DNA of 29,442 nucleotides from a virus (Duplodnaviria; Heunggongvirae; Uroviricota; Caudoviricetes): the IMG/VR virus record IMGVR_UViG_2529292882_000006, positions 1 to 29,442 of that record; one strand, 5' to 3'. Every line of letters begins with the position of its first letter. The stretch's first letter is position 1. The position numbers were made by a program, and so were the translations under genes. Under the pieces are notes generated by a model, which saw only the letters and a list, made by a program, of their open reading frames with translations, did not search any database and had not been told where the DNA came from. Positions 14,733-24,240 of the stretch are shown in pieces.

Positions 14733-16779
14733 TCCCCGCGCCAGCCTTGCGGGGGTGGATGCCGCTAATGGTCAGTGCTGGTATGAAATCCGTGCGCAGA
14801 CTGCCGGGCGGGTGGAAATTTACCTCTATGACGTGATTGGCGGATGGGGCATCACCGCGCAGCAGTTTATTGCTGACTGTAAGGATGCGGGGGTGTTTGA
14901 GGCCAGCGCTATTGATCTGCATATCCACAGCCCGGGCGGCGATGTGATGCAGGGGTTTGCCATTTTTAACACGCTGTCACGGCTGAAAGCGAAGGTGGAT
15001 ATCTGGGTGGATGGTGTTGCAGCCAGCATGGCCTCCATGATTGTCTGCCTGCCTGGCGCCACAGTGCATATGCCTGAAAATTCCTGGCTGATGATACACA
15101 AGCCGTGGGGCGGGATCGCCGGTGATTCCGATGATATGCGTGATTATGCTGACTGGCTGGATCGCAACGAGGCGCTGATGCTGTCAGCCTACATGAATAA
15201 AACCGGACTCGGGCAGGAGGAGCTGGAAGCCATGCTGAAAGCAGAAACCTGGCTGAACGGTGCTGAAGCCGTGGAAAAAGGCTTCGCTGATACGCTTGAA
15301 CCTGAATTACAGGCTGCGGCCTGTGTGAACCAAAATAAACTGAAGGATTACCATAATATGCCAGAACAGATTAACGCGCTTTTTGCTCCACGTGCAGAAA
15401 CGACAAACGGACAGCCGCAGGAGCCGAAAGCAACCCCGCAAAATGCGCAACAGATCGCTGCTCAGCAGGCACCATTAACCGGAAATGTGGATATCAGCGC
15501 AATTGCTTCGCAGGTTCAGCAACAACTGATGGCAGCCAATGCGGAACGTGTGCAGGCTGTAACCGCAGTTTTTGCCTCTTTCCCGTCTTATGCCGCACTG
15601 AAAGCGGAGTGTCTGAACGACATGACCTGTACGGAAGCACAGGCCCGTGAAAAACTGTTGCAGGCGCTGGCAGCCGGAACGACACCAAGTGCAGGCCCGG
15701 GCGCTGTTCATATTCATGCCGGGAACGGTAATCTGGTCGGCGATTCCATTCGTGCGGCTGTGATGGCACGCGCCGGATATGCCGAAGCAGAAAAAGATAA
15801 TGCTTATAACGGTTTTACACTGCGCGAGCTGGCGCGTGCTTCGCTGGTTGATCGCGGTATCGGTATCTCCGGTCATTCCGCACCGATGGCGATGGTGGGG
15901 CTGGCATTTACTCACAGCAGCAGCGATTTCGGCAATATCCTGATGGATGTGGCTCATAAAGCTGCGTTGCAGGGCTGGGATGATGCCAGCGAAAATTTTG
16001 ACAAATGGACCCGCAAGGGAACGCTGACTGATTTTAAAACCGCGCATCGTGTCGGGCTGGAAACTTTCCCGACGCTACGAAAAGTATTGCCGGGGGCTGA
16101 ATATAAATATGTGACCCTGAAAGATCGTGGCGAACCGATTGCACTGGCGACTTATGGCGAATTGTTCAGCATTGATCGCCAGACCATCATCAATGATGAC
16201 CTGGATATGCTGACCCGTATTCCGATGGCAATGGGGGCGGCAGCGCGGACTACCGTGGGTGATCTGGTCTGGGCCGTGCTGACCAGCAATCCGAAAATGT
16301 CGGATGGCAAACCGCTGTTCCATGCAGATCATGGCAACTTGGTGACTGCAGATTTGTCTATTGAGGGGCTGGATTCCGGGCGTAAAGCCATGCTGCTCCA
16401 GAAATCGGGTGACCGCCGCCTGAACATTCGTCCTGCTTTTATGTTGACGCCTGTTGCCATTGAGTCGCGTGCCAATCAGTTGATTAAGTCTGCCAGCGTG
16501 CCCGGTGCAGATGCGAACAGCGGCATTATTAACCCGATTCAGAATTTTGCCACGGTTCTGTCAGAGGCCCGTCTTGATGACAGCAGCCCGACGGATTATT
16601 ACCTGGTAGCAGCGCAGGGGCGTGACACGATTGAAGTGGCTTACCTCGACGGTATTGATACGCCGTATCTGGAGCAGCAACAGGGCTTTACGGTTGATGG
16701 TGCAGCATTCAAGGTGCGCATTGATGCCGGAGTGGCACCGCTTGACTGGCGTGGCATGGTCAAAGTGAAAAAACAATAA
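14689..16779 (+). CDS. Head maturation protease (ClpP/S14-like) fused to scaffold-like linker and major capsid protein
   Basis: Single 696-aa ORF. N-terminal about 200 aa are ClpP-like (IHSPGGDVMQGFAIFN...VAASMASMI...MIHKPW), middle is Gln/Ala-rich and helical, C-terminal about 300 aa are capsid-like. AAGGAG precedes ATG 14689; an alternative ATG at 14725 overlaps the portal stop. Confidence 0.7.
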   Translation: MQQMINPRLRGTMINPRASLAGVDAANGQCWYEIRAQTAGRVEIYLYDVIGGWGITAQQFIADCKDAGVFEASAIDLHIHSPGGDVMQGFAIFNTLSRLKAKVDIWVDGVAASMASMIVCLPGATVHMPENSWLMIHKPWGGIAGDSDDMRDYADWLDRNEALMLSAYMNKTGLGQEELEAMLKAETWLNGAEAVEKGFADTLEPELQAAACVNQNKLKDYHNMPEQINALFAPRAETTNGQPQEPKATPQNAQQIAAQQAPLTGNVDISAIASQVQQQLMAANAERVQAVTAVFASFPSYAALKAECLNDMTCTEAQAREKLLQALAAGTTPSAGPGAVHIHAGNGNLVGDSIRAAVMARAGYAEAEKDNAYNGFTLRELARASLVDRGIGISGHSAPMAMVGLAFTHSSSDFGNILMDVAHKAALQGWDDASENFDKWTRKGTLTDFKTAHRVGLETFPTLRKVLPGAEYKYVTLKDRGEPIALATYGELFSIDRQTIINDDLDMLTRIPMAMGAAARTTVGDLVWAVLTSNPKMSDGKPLFHADHGNLVTADLSIEGLDSGRKAMLLQKSGDRRLNIRPAFMLTPVAIESRANQLIKSASVPGADANSGIINPIQNFATVLSEARLDDSSPTDYYLVAAQGRDTIEVAYLDGIDTPYLEQQQGFTVDGAAFKVRIDAGVAPLDWRGMVKVKKQ

Positions 16780-16781
16780 AT

Positions 16782-16808
16782 AACCGCCGGACAGGGCGGT
16801 TTTTTTTA
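16782..16808 (+). terminator. Intrinsic terminator after the capsid gene
   Basis: Stem AACCGCC (16782-16788) / GGCGGTT (16795-16801), followed by T8. Confidence 0.6.
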
Positions 16809-16852
16809 TGGCTGAAGCGGCGCACTTTGCGCCGCATTTACTGGAGAAAAAA

Positions 16853-17182
16853 ATGTCAAAAAATTTTGTTCAGGACGGAAAAAACGTCGACTGGGTGAAC
16901 GGGACCGGGAAGGCGGTGTCATCTGGCGATCTGGTTGTTCAGGATAATCTTGTTGGTGTTGCTCACGCTGATATTCCGGACGGGGATGTGGGCATTCTGC
17001 ATACGGTGGGGGTTTTCTCTTTACCTAAAGAGGCAGAGGCGCTGACGCAAGGCAAGCTGGTGTATTTCAAAGCGGATACGGCAACACTGACCGCAACGAA
17101 ATCAGGTAATACGCTGGTGGGAACAGTATGGGCATCGGCTGAAGCCGGAGATGCCTGTGTTTGTGTGCGTCTGGGGTACTGA
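16853..17182 (+). CDS. Putative head decoration / DUF2190-like protein
   Basis: 109 aa from ATG 16853 (GGAG upstream). Small beta-rich protein directly after the capsid gene; weak resemblance to decoration proteins. Confidence 0.35.
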   Translation: MSKNFVQDGKNVDWVNGTGKAVSSGDLVVQDNLVGVAHADIPDGDVGILHTVGVFSLPKEAEALTQGKLVYFKADTATLTATKSGNTLVGTVWASAEAGDACVCVRLGY

Positions 17183-17538
17183 TGCATCGATTTCATAAAC
17201 GGCTGATGCGGGCAGATGCCCGCATTTCCCGGCTTTTTTCCGAGGAGTGTCCGGCGATACTGTCTATTGGCAGCGAGCGTCGCCCTGTTATGGTGATTTT
17301 TGAATCTCCGGATGCGCCGGTTCGTGTTCCGGGTGGTGGAGAAATTAACGATCAGGCTCCGGCATTCAGCGCACTGACAGAGGATATTAAGGGGCTCAGC
17401 ACAAACTGCACAGTGGAGCTGAACCACGAATTTTACCGCGTCACGCATATAGGTGCGGATGAAATGGGGCGCACACGCGTAACGCTCGGGCGTGGACGGG
17501 GGACATCATTACCGACCATCGAATGGAGTAAAAAATAA
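17182..17538 (+). CDS. Putative head-tail connector / head completion protein
   Basis: 118 aa. ATG overlaps the upstream stop (TGATG). Position between capsid and tail genes. Confidence 0.35.
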   Translation: MHRFHKRLMRADARISRLFSEECPAILSIGSERRPVMVIFESPDAPVRVPGGGEINDQAPAFSALTEDIKGLSTNCTVELNHEFYRVTHIGADEMGRTRVTLGRGRGTSLPTIEWSKK

Positions 17539-17559
17539 ACTTCATAAGGAGATGTCGCA

Positions 17560-18243
17560 ATGGCGCGGGCATCACGCATCCGGCGAAATCTGTTGTTTGA
17601 TATCGACGTCGAAGAATTGCGGGATATTGTGGCGCAGGCTGGCGCAACGCAGCACCAGTTTCGTCTGGCCTATTCCCGCGCACTGAAGCGAACGGCATCA
17701 AAAATGCGCATGAAGGCGCTTGCGGAACTGAAAACCGGCCTGGCTCCCCGCAAAATGGACATGCTGCGCAGGCGTCTTTTTTCCACCCGCATTACCCGGG
17801 GTAATGCAATGGATGAAGCCCGTTTCTGGTTTGGTCTTAATGCGATCAAGATAAAGGATCTGCGCGGACGCATTCGTGGACGACGTGTTCGTCATCATGA
17901 TCTCCGTGATCCGGTAACCGGGCGGTTTATCAAAGAGAACCGTGCCCGGCGACGTCGCCGCAAAGCCAGCGATCCCGTTTTTGAACCCAACGGTTCGTTT
18001 TTATCTCCTGCCGCGTATGAAAACGGGCTGGTGATACGCAGCCGTAAAGAGAACCGACGAACGATCATCATCAAAAATCCGGAGACGGGGCGCGTCCGTG
18101 AAGCCGAGGCCAACATTTACGCCCGCACGATGGATTACGTGGAGGATGTGGCTTTTGCGGAGTGCCTGGAGATTTTTATGAAAGAGTTCGAATCAGACAT
18201 CCGGCGACGCGCGAAGTACGGCATTACCGTGACCCCCCGATAA
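17560..18243 (+). CDS. Arg-rich virion-associated hypothetical protein
   Basis: 227 aa, AGGAG 9 nt upstream. Strongly basic (RARRRRRKAS...). Function unassigned. Confidence 0.4.
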   Translation: MARASRIRRNLLFDIDVEELRDIVAQAGATQHQFRLAYSRALKRTASKMRMKALAELKTGLAPRKMDMLRRRLFSTRITRGNAMDEARFWFGLNAIKIKDLRGRIRGRRVRHHDLRDPVTGRFIKENRARRRRRKASDPVFEPNGSFLSPAAYENGLVIRSRKENRRTIIIKNPETGRVREAEANIYARTMDYVEDVAFAECLEIFMKEFESDIRRRAKYGITVTPR

Positions 18244-18259
18244 AAAACGTGAGGATGTA

Positions 18260-18829
18260 ATGGCTGAACCCTTATGCATGGCATCCTGGCACACTGCTGT
18301 GCTGGATGCCCTGAAAAAACTTAAATGGATCAATGATGCGGACACCTATCCGGAACGGGTCACGCAGCTGGTCACTCCGGCGGTGTTTCTGGCGGTCGAT
18401 GGCTGGGATGCGAAAAGCAATGCAGACGGGCAGATGACGGTGGTGTTGTCTGCTGCGCTGTGGGTACTGGTTGACCGTGCCGGTGAGCCGGATAAAGAAA
18501 AAAAAGAAGAACGCAGGGCGATAAAGCCGGATATTTTTATCCGTTCGGCGGCAGCCGCGTTGTCGCACTGGCTCGACGGGCAGACGTTCGGGCTGGCAAA
18601 TGTGGAGCCTGCCATTTTTATATCAGCGGACGCAGATGAAACCGATCCGCGTCTGGATGATTATCTGGTCTGGCAGATTTCATTTAACCAGACGGTGACG
18701 TTTGGTATGGATCTCTTTGCCACGGATAACCTGCCGCTACAGCGGGCCTGGCTGGGTGTTGCACCGGAGATCGGGCGACAGCATGTGGATGATTACCGGC
18801 TGATTTTTGAGGGAAAGCCACGTGAATGA
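18260..18829 (+). CDS. Putative tail completion / neck protein
   Basis: 189 aa, GAGGA upstream. Position between head-completion genes and the spike and sheath genes. Contains an A8 tract encoding EKKEE. Confidence 0.4.
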   Translation: MAEPLCMASWHTAVLDALKKLKWINDADTYPERVTQLVTPAVFLAVDGWDAKSNADGQMTVVLSAALWVLVDRAGEPDKEKKEERRAIKPDIFIRSAAAALSHWLDGQTFGLANVEPAIFISADADETDPRLDDYLVWQISFNQTVTFGMDLFATDNLPLQRAWLGVAPEIGRQHVDDYRLIFEGKPRE

Positions 18830-19442
18830 GGTTCTGGGGGATTTACAGCGCCGCCTGGCAAATATGGTCCGGCGCGGGGTGATCCACTCGGTGCGGCTGG
18901 ACGGTGGTTTTCCGGAATGCCGCGTGGATCTGGGGGATATTGTGACCACCTGGCTGCCATTATGTCAGGGGTTTGCCGGAAAAAACCGGGCAGATTTTGA
19001 GCCATTTGCTGTGGGTGATGCGGTTACGGTGCTGTCAGAGGCCGGGGAGCTGAATAACGGTCGTGTTTTTCCCGGCTGGAATACCGGTGAGGCACCGGCT
19101 CCGCAGGGCAGCGACAGTGAGCACATCACCCGTTACGGAGATGGTACTGAAATTTGCTATAACCGGGAGACGCACTCACTGACCATTATTCTGGCGGAAG
19201 GGGGCACTTATGCCATTACCGGGAATGGTGTACTGGACGGAAACGTCATGATTTCAGAAAACCTGATCGTGAACGGACGCACGATGGTTGAAGGTGAAGT
19301 GGTGGTGAAAAGTGATTTTTATGCAAAAGGAGAGGTGACGGATAAATCCGGCAGTATGAGCCGGATCCGGGAAACGTTTAATGGACACGACCATCCCGGA
19401 GACAGTGGGGGAACCACGAAAGTACCGAATCAGAAAATGTGA
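18822..19442 (+). CDS. Baseplate central spike protein (P2 gpV / Mu gp45 family)
   Basis: N-terminus LQRRLANMVRRGVIHSVRLD...ECRVDLG parallels P2 gpV, and the C-terminus ends with the iron-binding motif HxH...HPGDSGGTT (FNGHDHPGDSGGTT). GTG 18822 is preceded by GAGGG. Confidence 0.75.
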   Translation: MNEVLGDLQRRLANMVRRGVIHSVRLDGGFPECRVDLGDIVTTWLPLCQGFAGKNRADFEPFAVGDAVTVLSEAGELNNGRVFPGWNTGEAPAPQGSDSEHITRYGDGTEICYNRETHSLTIILAEGGTYAITGNGVLDGNVMISENLIVNGRTMVEGEVVVKSDFYAKGEVTDKSGSMSRIRETFNGHDHPGDSGGTTKVPNQKM

Positions 19443-19463
19443 CCTGCTGCGGCAGGTTTTTTT
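19442..19463 (+). terminator. Intrinsic terminator/attenuator after the spike gene
   Basis: Stem ACCTGC / GCAGGT with loop TGCG, followed by T7. Confidence 0.5.
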
Positions 19464-19480
19464 ATGTCCGGAGAATGCAA

Positions 19481-20950
19481 ATGGGGCAATTACATGGTGT
19501 GGAAACCATCGAGCTGACAGCAGGCACGGTGGCGGTAACCACAATAGAGACAGCCATTATTGGGGTGGTGGGAACCGCGCCGCAGGCTGCCGGGGCTGTG
19601 GCAGCAACACTGACAGCGGGAACGCCGTTGCTGGGTAACGAGCTGACCTTTACGGCAAAAGCGGCGGGGCGGAGCGGAAATACCATTACCGTTATTGCTG
19701 AACAGGCTTTACAGGCAGCAAAAGAAAAAAGTGCGGGTGCGGTCCCCACGTCAGCAAAATGGGAAAACGGAAGCCTGTTGATTTGGCTTGGATGCAGTGA
19801 AGAGGGGGCCGGTAATGCCACCGTCAGCGATGTTGTGACGGCAGTGAATGGCGTGGCTGGGGTCGGGGTGAGTGCCACCGGCAGCGGTGACGGTATTGTG
19901 TCGCCGTTTTCCGGCACACTGAGTGGCGGTGAAGATGAACCGTTTCCGCTGAACACGCCAGTGGCGATGGCGGGAACAACGGCGCTTTCACGTCTGGGGC
20001 TCACCGGAACATTGAAGCAGGCGCTGACGGAGATTAACGACCAGCGTAACGCGCTGTCGGTGATCGTCCGGGTGGAAGAAAAAACGAAGCCGGAAGAGCA
20101 GCGTGCTGCCATTCTTGCGGGGATCAGCATGCTGTCATCGGCAAAATCCGTCACCACGTATCAGCCACGTATTGTGATTGCACCAGGATTCAGTGAAGAC
20201 GATGCGGTAGGTAAGGCACTGGAAACTGTGGCCGGAAAACTGCGGGCAGTGGCGTACGTGGATTGTGCTGCGGGCGCGACACTGCAGGAAGTGGTGCAGC
20301 GTCGTCAGTCTTACGGTGCCCGGACTGAACTACTGCGCCCGCGTGTGCAGGTCAGTAATGCAGAGGGGCAACTGGTGTATCGCCCGTATTCGGCGTTTGC
20401 TGCCGGACTGCGTGCCCGTATTGACTATGAAAAAGGGTGGTGGTGGAGCAAATCAAACCAGGAGGTTTACAACATCCTCGGTGTTGAGCAGGTGGATGAA
20501 TTTATCCTCGGTGAGCGTAACTGCGATGCCAACCTGCTTAATATGCAGAATGTCTCCACCCTGATCCGCCGCGCCGGATTTAAACACTGGGGAAACCGGC
20601 TGTGCTCGTCCCATCCTCAGTGGCATTTCGAGTCCGTCCGCCGTACTGCGGATGTGATTGAAGACAGTATTCAGGAAGCGATGCTGGCATATGTTGACCG
20701 CCCGCTTGATCGTCAGAATGCGGACGACATCATTGGCACCATTAATGCGTATATGCGCCGTCTGGTGGCAGAAGGTGCCATCTTCGGGGGGCGGGCATGG
20801 CTGGATCCGGAACTGAATACCGCCGAAACGCTGGCAGCCGGTGAACTGTACATCAACTATGACTTCGGTCCCAAATCGCCGACTGAACTTATCAGCATGC
20901 GGGTGAGCGTCAACAACGAATACGGCATTAAGGAGATGACGGCAACATGA
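19481..20950 (+). CDS. Contractile tail sheath protein
   Basis: 490 aa. Conserved sheath C-terminal region (...TAETLAAGELYINYDFGPKSPTELISMRVSVN...). Immediately followed by the tube gene, with ATGA overlap. Confidence 0.85.
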   Translation: MGQLHGVETIELTAGTVAVTTIETAIIGVVGTAPQAAGAVAATLTAGTPLLGNELTFTAKAAGRSGNTITVIAEQALQAAKEKSAGAVPTSAKWENGSLLIWLGCSEEGAGNATVSDVVTAVNGVAGVGVSATGSGDGIVSPFSGTLSGGEDEPFPLNTPVAMAGTTALSRLGLTGTLKQALTEINDQRNALSVIVRVEEKTKPEEQRAAILAGISMLSSAKSVTTYQPRIVIAPGFSEDDAVGKALETVAGKLRAVAYVDCAAGATLQEVVQRRQSYGARTELLRPRVQVSNAEGQLVYRPYSAFAAGLRARIDYEKGWWWSKSNQEVYNILGVEQVDEFILGERNCDANLLNMQNVSTLIRRAGFKHWGNRLCSSHPQWHFESVRRTADVIEDSIQEAMLAYVDRPLDRQNADDIIGTINAYMRRLVAEGAIFGGRAWLDPELNTAETLAAGELYINYDFGPKSPTELISMRVSVNNEYGIKEMTAT

Positions 20951-21453
20951 GCAGTAAAAACACATTACGGGCCTGGACTTTTTTCCGCCAGGGGATCCGT
21001 ATTCAGGGAGCGCATGAGTTCACGCCACCCACGCTGTCCATAACCACCACCGATTTACGCACCGGGGCACAGGATGCGCCCACGCCGGTTGACGACGGCA
21101 TGGAGGCGCTGACCTGCCAGATTAAATTCTATGGTCTGGATACAGACATGCTGTCCAGTCTCGGATTTGTCAGTGGCAGCCGCTCCCGCTTCACGGCCTA
21201 TCAGGGCTATCTGGCAAACGGCACCGCGCTGGGGACCACCGAAGAAATCGAAGGTTTTGTGAAAACGGTGACGCCGGATGCGCGCGGAAACAGCGGGCTG
21301 TCAGAAAATGCGGTGACAGTGGAAATCGCGGTGAATTATTACCGTCAGACGCTGGAGGGGATCGAACTCATTATGATTGATACCGAGCGTTTTGAGCGTC
21401 GGATCAACGGCGTGAATGTTCTCGCCGGCCTGTCGGCAAAAGTGCGTCTCTGA
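20947..21453 (+). CDS. Tail tube protein
   Basis: 168 aa. Directly downstream of the sheath gene and followed by a terminator, chaperone and tape measure. Confidence 0.75.
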   Translation: MSSKNTLRAWTFFRQGIRIQGAHEFTPPTLSITTTDLRTGAQDAPTPVDDGMEALTCQIKFYGLDTDMLSSLGFVSGSRSRFTAYQGYLANGTALGTTEEIEGFVKTVTPDARGNSGLSENAVTVEIAVNYYRQTLEGIELIMIDTERFERRINGVNVLAGLSAKVRL

Positions 21454-21470
21454 GCACTGATTAACGCATA

Positions 21471-21494
21471 ACGGCCTGCGGGCCGTTTTTTTTA
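21471..21494 (+). terminator. Intrinsic terminator/attenuator after the tube gene
   Basis: Stem ACGGCC / GGCCGT with loop TGCG, followed by T8. Confidence 0.55.
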
Positions 21495-21505
21495 AGGAGC
21501 AGATT

Positions 21506-21805
21506 ATGAATATTCCGGGTGAAACCCGCACCATCACACTGTACACACCTGTCACTCTGGGGGGCGGGGCTGTGCTGGAACACATCACCATGCGCGAACC
21601 GCTGGTGCGCGATCGCATTGCCTTCACCAAAGACCGGGGAACAGAGGAGGAAAAAGAGGCGCGTATGATTGCGCAGCTTTGTAATCTGAGTGAGCAGGAT
21701 ATCTGGCTGCTGACCGCAGCGGATTATGCCCAGCTGACGGATGCCTTTAATGTTTTTATGCTGCCACCCGGGAAGCGACCGAAACCGAAATCTTCAGAGG
21801 GTTAA
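21506..21805 (+). CDS. Tail assembly chaperone (gpE/G-like)
   Basis: 99 aa with AAGGAG upstream. Lies between the tube and tape measure genes. The -1 frame is open across its 3' end. Confidence 0.55.
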   Translation: MNIPGETRTITLYTPVTLGGGAVLEHITMREPLVRDRIAFTKDRGTEEEKEARMIAQLCNLSEQDIWLLTAADYAQLTDAFNVFMLPPGKRPKPKSSEG

Positions 21806-21933
21806 GGTTTCTCGGGCGGCGGCTGCATTTTCCTCTTTCCGATTATCTGTCCATGCCGTTCAGTGTGTTTACGGCATTTTTACTGGATGAAGTGGAGGCA
21901 GTAAAACGTGGGAAGCGTAAGTCAGAATCTTAA
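21751..21933 (+). other. Putative -1 frameshift extension of the tail chaperone (gpE'/GT-like)
   Basis: The -1 frame is open for 60 codons from 21751 to a stop at 21931-21933, overlapping the last 18 chaperone codons and the first 26 nt of the tape measure gene. A G-TTTTT-A run sits at 21752-21758. No canonical X_XXY_YYZ heptamer is in register. Confidence 0.35.
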
Positions 21934-23566
21934 GGCCACCGTGTCGTTCGGGGGCAAACTGGACAGTTCGTGGCGTCGTTCGGCGACGGATCTGCGAAAA
22001 AATCTGCAGGATGTGGAGCAGCAGGCTGCGCGTTTGCGTAAGGAGCAGGCAGAGCTGGCAGCAGAAATGAAGCGGGCGGCGCTGGCAGGGAAACGTTTTA
22101 AGTCGATGGAGGATGAATACGCCCGGCTCACTGCTGAAATTAAGAAAGCGGATGCGGCCCAGAAAAAACTGAACCGGAGCCTTGAGCGTCGCGATCGGCT
22201 CGGACGTTTTATGGGGAAGGGAAAAAGTCTGCTTGCCGGAACCGGCAAATTTGCCTGGAATGCCGGTCTGGCGATGGGGGGCGGTGCCGTGACCACGGCA
22301 CTTGGTGCGCTGATTGCTCCGGCAGCCATGAATGCGCAGACGGCTGAAACGGCGGGTAAAGCGACTGCGTATGGCGTGGATACCCGTACGTACATGAACT
22401 GGGACGCCCTGGCAAAACAGTACGATATGACCGGCGATAATATCGGAGATCTGTTTGAGGAATACCTGCATAAGGCCGGGGAATATAAACAAAATGGCAA
22501 GCAGAGTTCGCTTTCTGACGCCTTTGAAACGCTGGGATTTAAGGAGGGCGATCTTGCCGGACTGAGTGATAAGGCGCAGTTCGAAAAAATTATCGACAGG
22601 GCGCTGTCTCTGGAAGATGAATCAAAGGCATCTTTTGCGCTGGATGCATTGTTTGGTGGTGAAGCCAGTAAACTGCTGATGCTGATCAAACGTTCAGGAA
22701 AAAGTTTTCAGGAACTGCTGGCTGAGCAGGATAAATATAATCTGGTGACAAAAGAGGGGGTGGCTGGCGCACTTGCCGGAAACAAGGCTGTTTCTGATTT
22801 GCAGCAGGTTTTTTCTTCTGCGGTTGCAGAAATTTCCGGACAACTGGGCGCAGAGCTGGCTCCCGCTATACAACAGACAGCGGGTGACCTGGCAGAGTGG
22901 TTTAAAGGTGGAGGCATTAAAAAGGTTGTGTCTTTTCTGAGGGACACCCTGTATCCGGCAGCCCTGAAGTTTGGCGAAGGCGTCATTTTTGTCGGAAAAA
23001 TCATTTTTGCAGCAGCCAAAAAGCTCTCCTGGTTGTTACCGGATGAACAGGGCGATCAGAAGCAGATTCTGGAGTATGTCGGGCGTGGTGACATGACCGC
23101 TGCCCGGACAGTGGCCCGGAACAGCGGGCAGGATGCGTGGCTTGACGGGCAACTGAAAAATAATCCCGATTTTGAAAAGAGTGTCCGTGAAAAATACAAC
23201 GCCGCGAAGGGCTTTATGGGCATTGTGGATACGGATGCGTTTCATGAATCGGTGAACAGTTACCTCACGCCGGAAAAAACGTTCGATTTTTCGCTGCCGG
23301 CAGTGCCGGCAGGATCCGCCGGAAAACAGGATGATCCTTTTGCCAGTGCGGGGGCATGGCAGGCTGCCGTGCAGGCTATTCCTGTTGAGGGCGGACAGTC
23401 CGGCGCACAGCTGAATGACAACAGTGTGAAGAATTATAACTTCAACATTGTTGCGCAGCCCGGACAGAGCGAACAGGGTATTGCGGACGCCATTGCCGGA
23501 ATGACGAAAAACAACCCGGCCTTCAGTGGTAATAATGCGTTGTGGGATGGAGGAAGTGTCTGGTGA
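21908..23566 (+). CDS. Tail tape measure protein
   Basis: 552 aa. Helical, Ala/Gly/Lys-rich with a hydrophobic central segment. GGAGG precedes GTG 21908. Lies downstream of the chaperone. Confidence 0.7.
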   Translation: MGSVSQNLKATVSFGGKLDSSWRRSATDLRKNLQDVEQQAARLRKEQAELAAEMKRAALAGKRFKSMEDEYARLTAEIKKADAAQKKLNRSLERRDRLGRFMGKGKSLLAGTGKFAWNAGLAMGGGAVTTALGALIAPAAMNAQTAETAGKATAYGVDTRTYMNWDALAKQYDMTGDNIGDLFEEYLHKAGEYKQNGKQSSLSDAFETLGFKEGDLAGLSDKAQFEKIIDRALSLEDESKASFALDALFGGEASKLLMLIKRSGKSFQELLAEQDKYNLVTKEGVAGALAGNKAVSDLQQVFSSAVAEISGQLGAELAPAIQQTAGDLAEWFKGGGIKKVVSFLRDTLYPAALKFGEGVIFVGKIIFAAAKKLSWLLPDEQGDQKQILEYVGRGDMTAARTVARNSGQDAWLDGQLKNNPDFEKSVREKYNAAKGFMGIVDTDAFHESVNSYLTPEKTFDFSLPAVPAGSAGKQDDPFASAGAWQAAVQAIPVEGGQSGAQLNDNSVKNYNFNIVAQPGQSEQGIADAIAGMTKNNPAFSGNNALWDGGSVW

Positions 23567-24042
23567 GTGTGGGTTCGGTTATTGCTCTCGCTGAAGACAG
23601 CCTTCAGCGTTACAACAGTTATCTCCGTGGTGCTGCAGATGCCAGAGTCATGCTGATGCTGGGGGATTTCGCTTTTTCCGTGGATACCACGGCATATAAC
23701 CAGCTGACCCGTGAGGCCGGGTGGACCTGGAGCGAGCAGTCGCGTATCGGGCAGCAGAGTCTGCTGCAGTACACCGGGAAAAACGGGCGAACCGTCCGCC
23801 TTGAAGGGGAATCGCACGCCTTTTTGGGGAAGTCAGGGACGGAGGCGGTGAACACGCTGTATGACCTGGCAAATAAGGCTGAGCCGCAACTGCTGGTCAG
23901 TGGAGAAGGTGATGTGCTGGGATGGTGGGTGGTGGAGCGTTTTTCTGATTCCACCGACCGCTTTTTACCTGGTGGTGGGCACCGTAACAAAAAGTGGAGT
24001 CTGGAGCTGAAACATTATGCCGACGATCTGGATAACCCGTGA
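23563..24042 (+). CDS. Tail protein, P2 gpU family
   Basis: About 160 aa; GGAGG 9 nt upstream of GTG 23563. Resembles gpU-family proteins and sits at the gpU position after the tape measure. Confidence 0.65.
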   Translation: MSVGSVIALAEDSLQRYNSYLRGAADARVMLMLGDFAFSVDTTAYNQLTREAGWTWSEQSRIGQQSLLQYTGKNGRTVRLEGESHAFLGKSGTEAVNTLYDLANKAEPQLLVSGEGDVLGWWVVERFSDSTDRFLPGGGHRNKKWSLELKHYADDLDNP

Positions 24043-24232
24043 CGGGGATGTGCTTGATGCGATTTGCGCCACGCATTACGGCACGGAAAATCTGTCTGCC
24101 GTGCTCACTCTTGTGCTGGAGGCCAATCAGGGGTTGGCAGAGAAGGGCGCGGTTTATCCGGCGGGGATCCGGATTGTGTTGCCTGAAATCACACAACAGG
24201 TGTCTGAGTCGCCATACAGCCTGTGGGATTAA
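24017..24232 (+). CDS. Tail protein X (gpX family)
   Basis: 71 aa small LysM-like protein between the gpU-like and gpD-like genes. Confidence 0.65.
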   Translation: MPTIWITRDGDVLDAICATHYGTENLSAVLTLVLEANQGLAEKGAVYPAGIRIVLPEITQQVSESPYSLWD

Positions 24233-24240
24233 GGGAGGAG

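Noticed and set aside
15475-16047. 190-aa minus-strand ORF inside the capsid gene
   Set aside because: Antisense to the protease-capsid ORF. Cys/His/Arg-rich, no start context.
19462-20157. 231-aa minus-strand ORF inside the tail sheath gene
   Set aside because: Antisense to a well-supported sheath gene. Ala/Ser/Thr/Pro-rich low-complexity translation typical of GC-rich antisense frames.
21922-22689. 255-aa minus-strand ORF inside the tape measure gene
   Set aside because: Antisense to the tape measure gene. Ser/Ala/Arg-rich low-complexity product, no SD.
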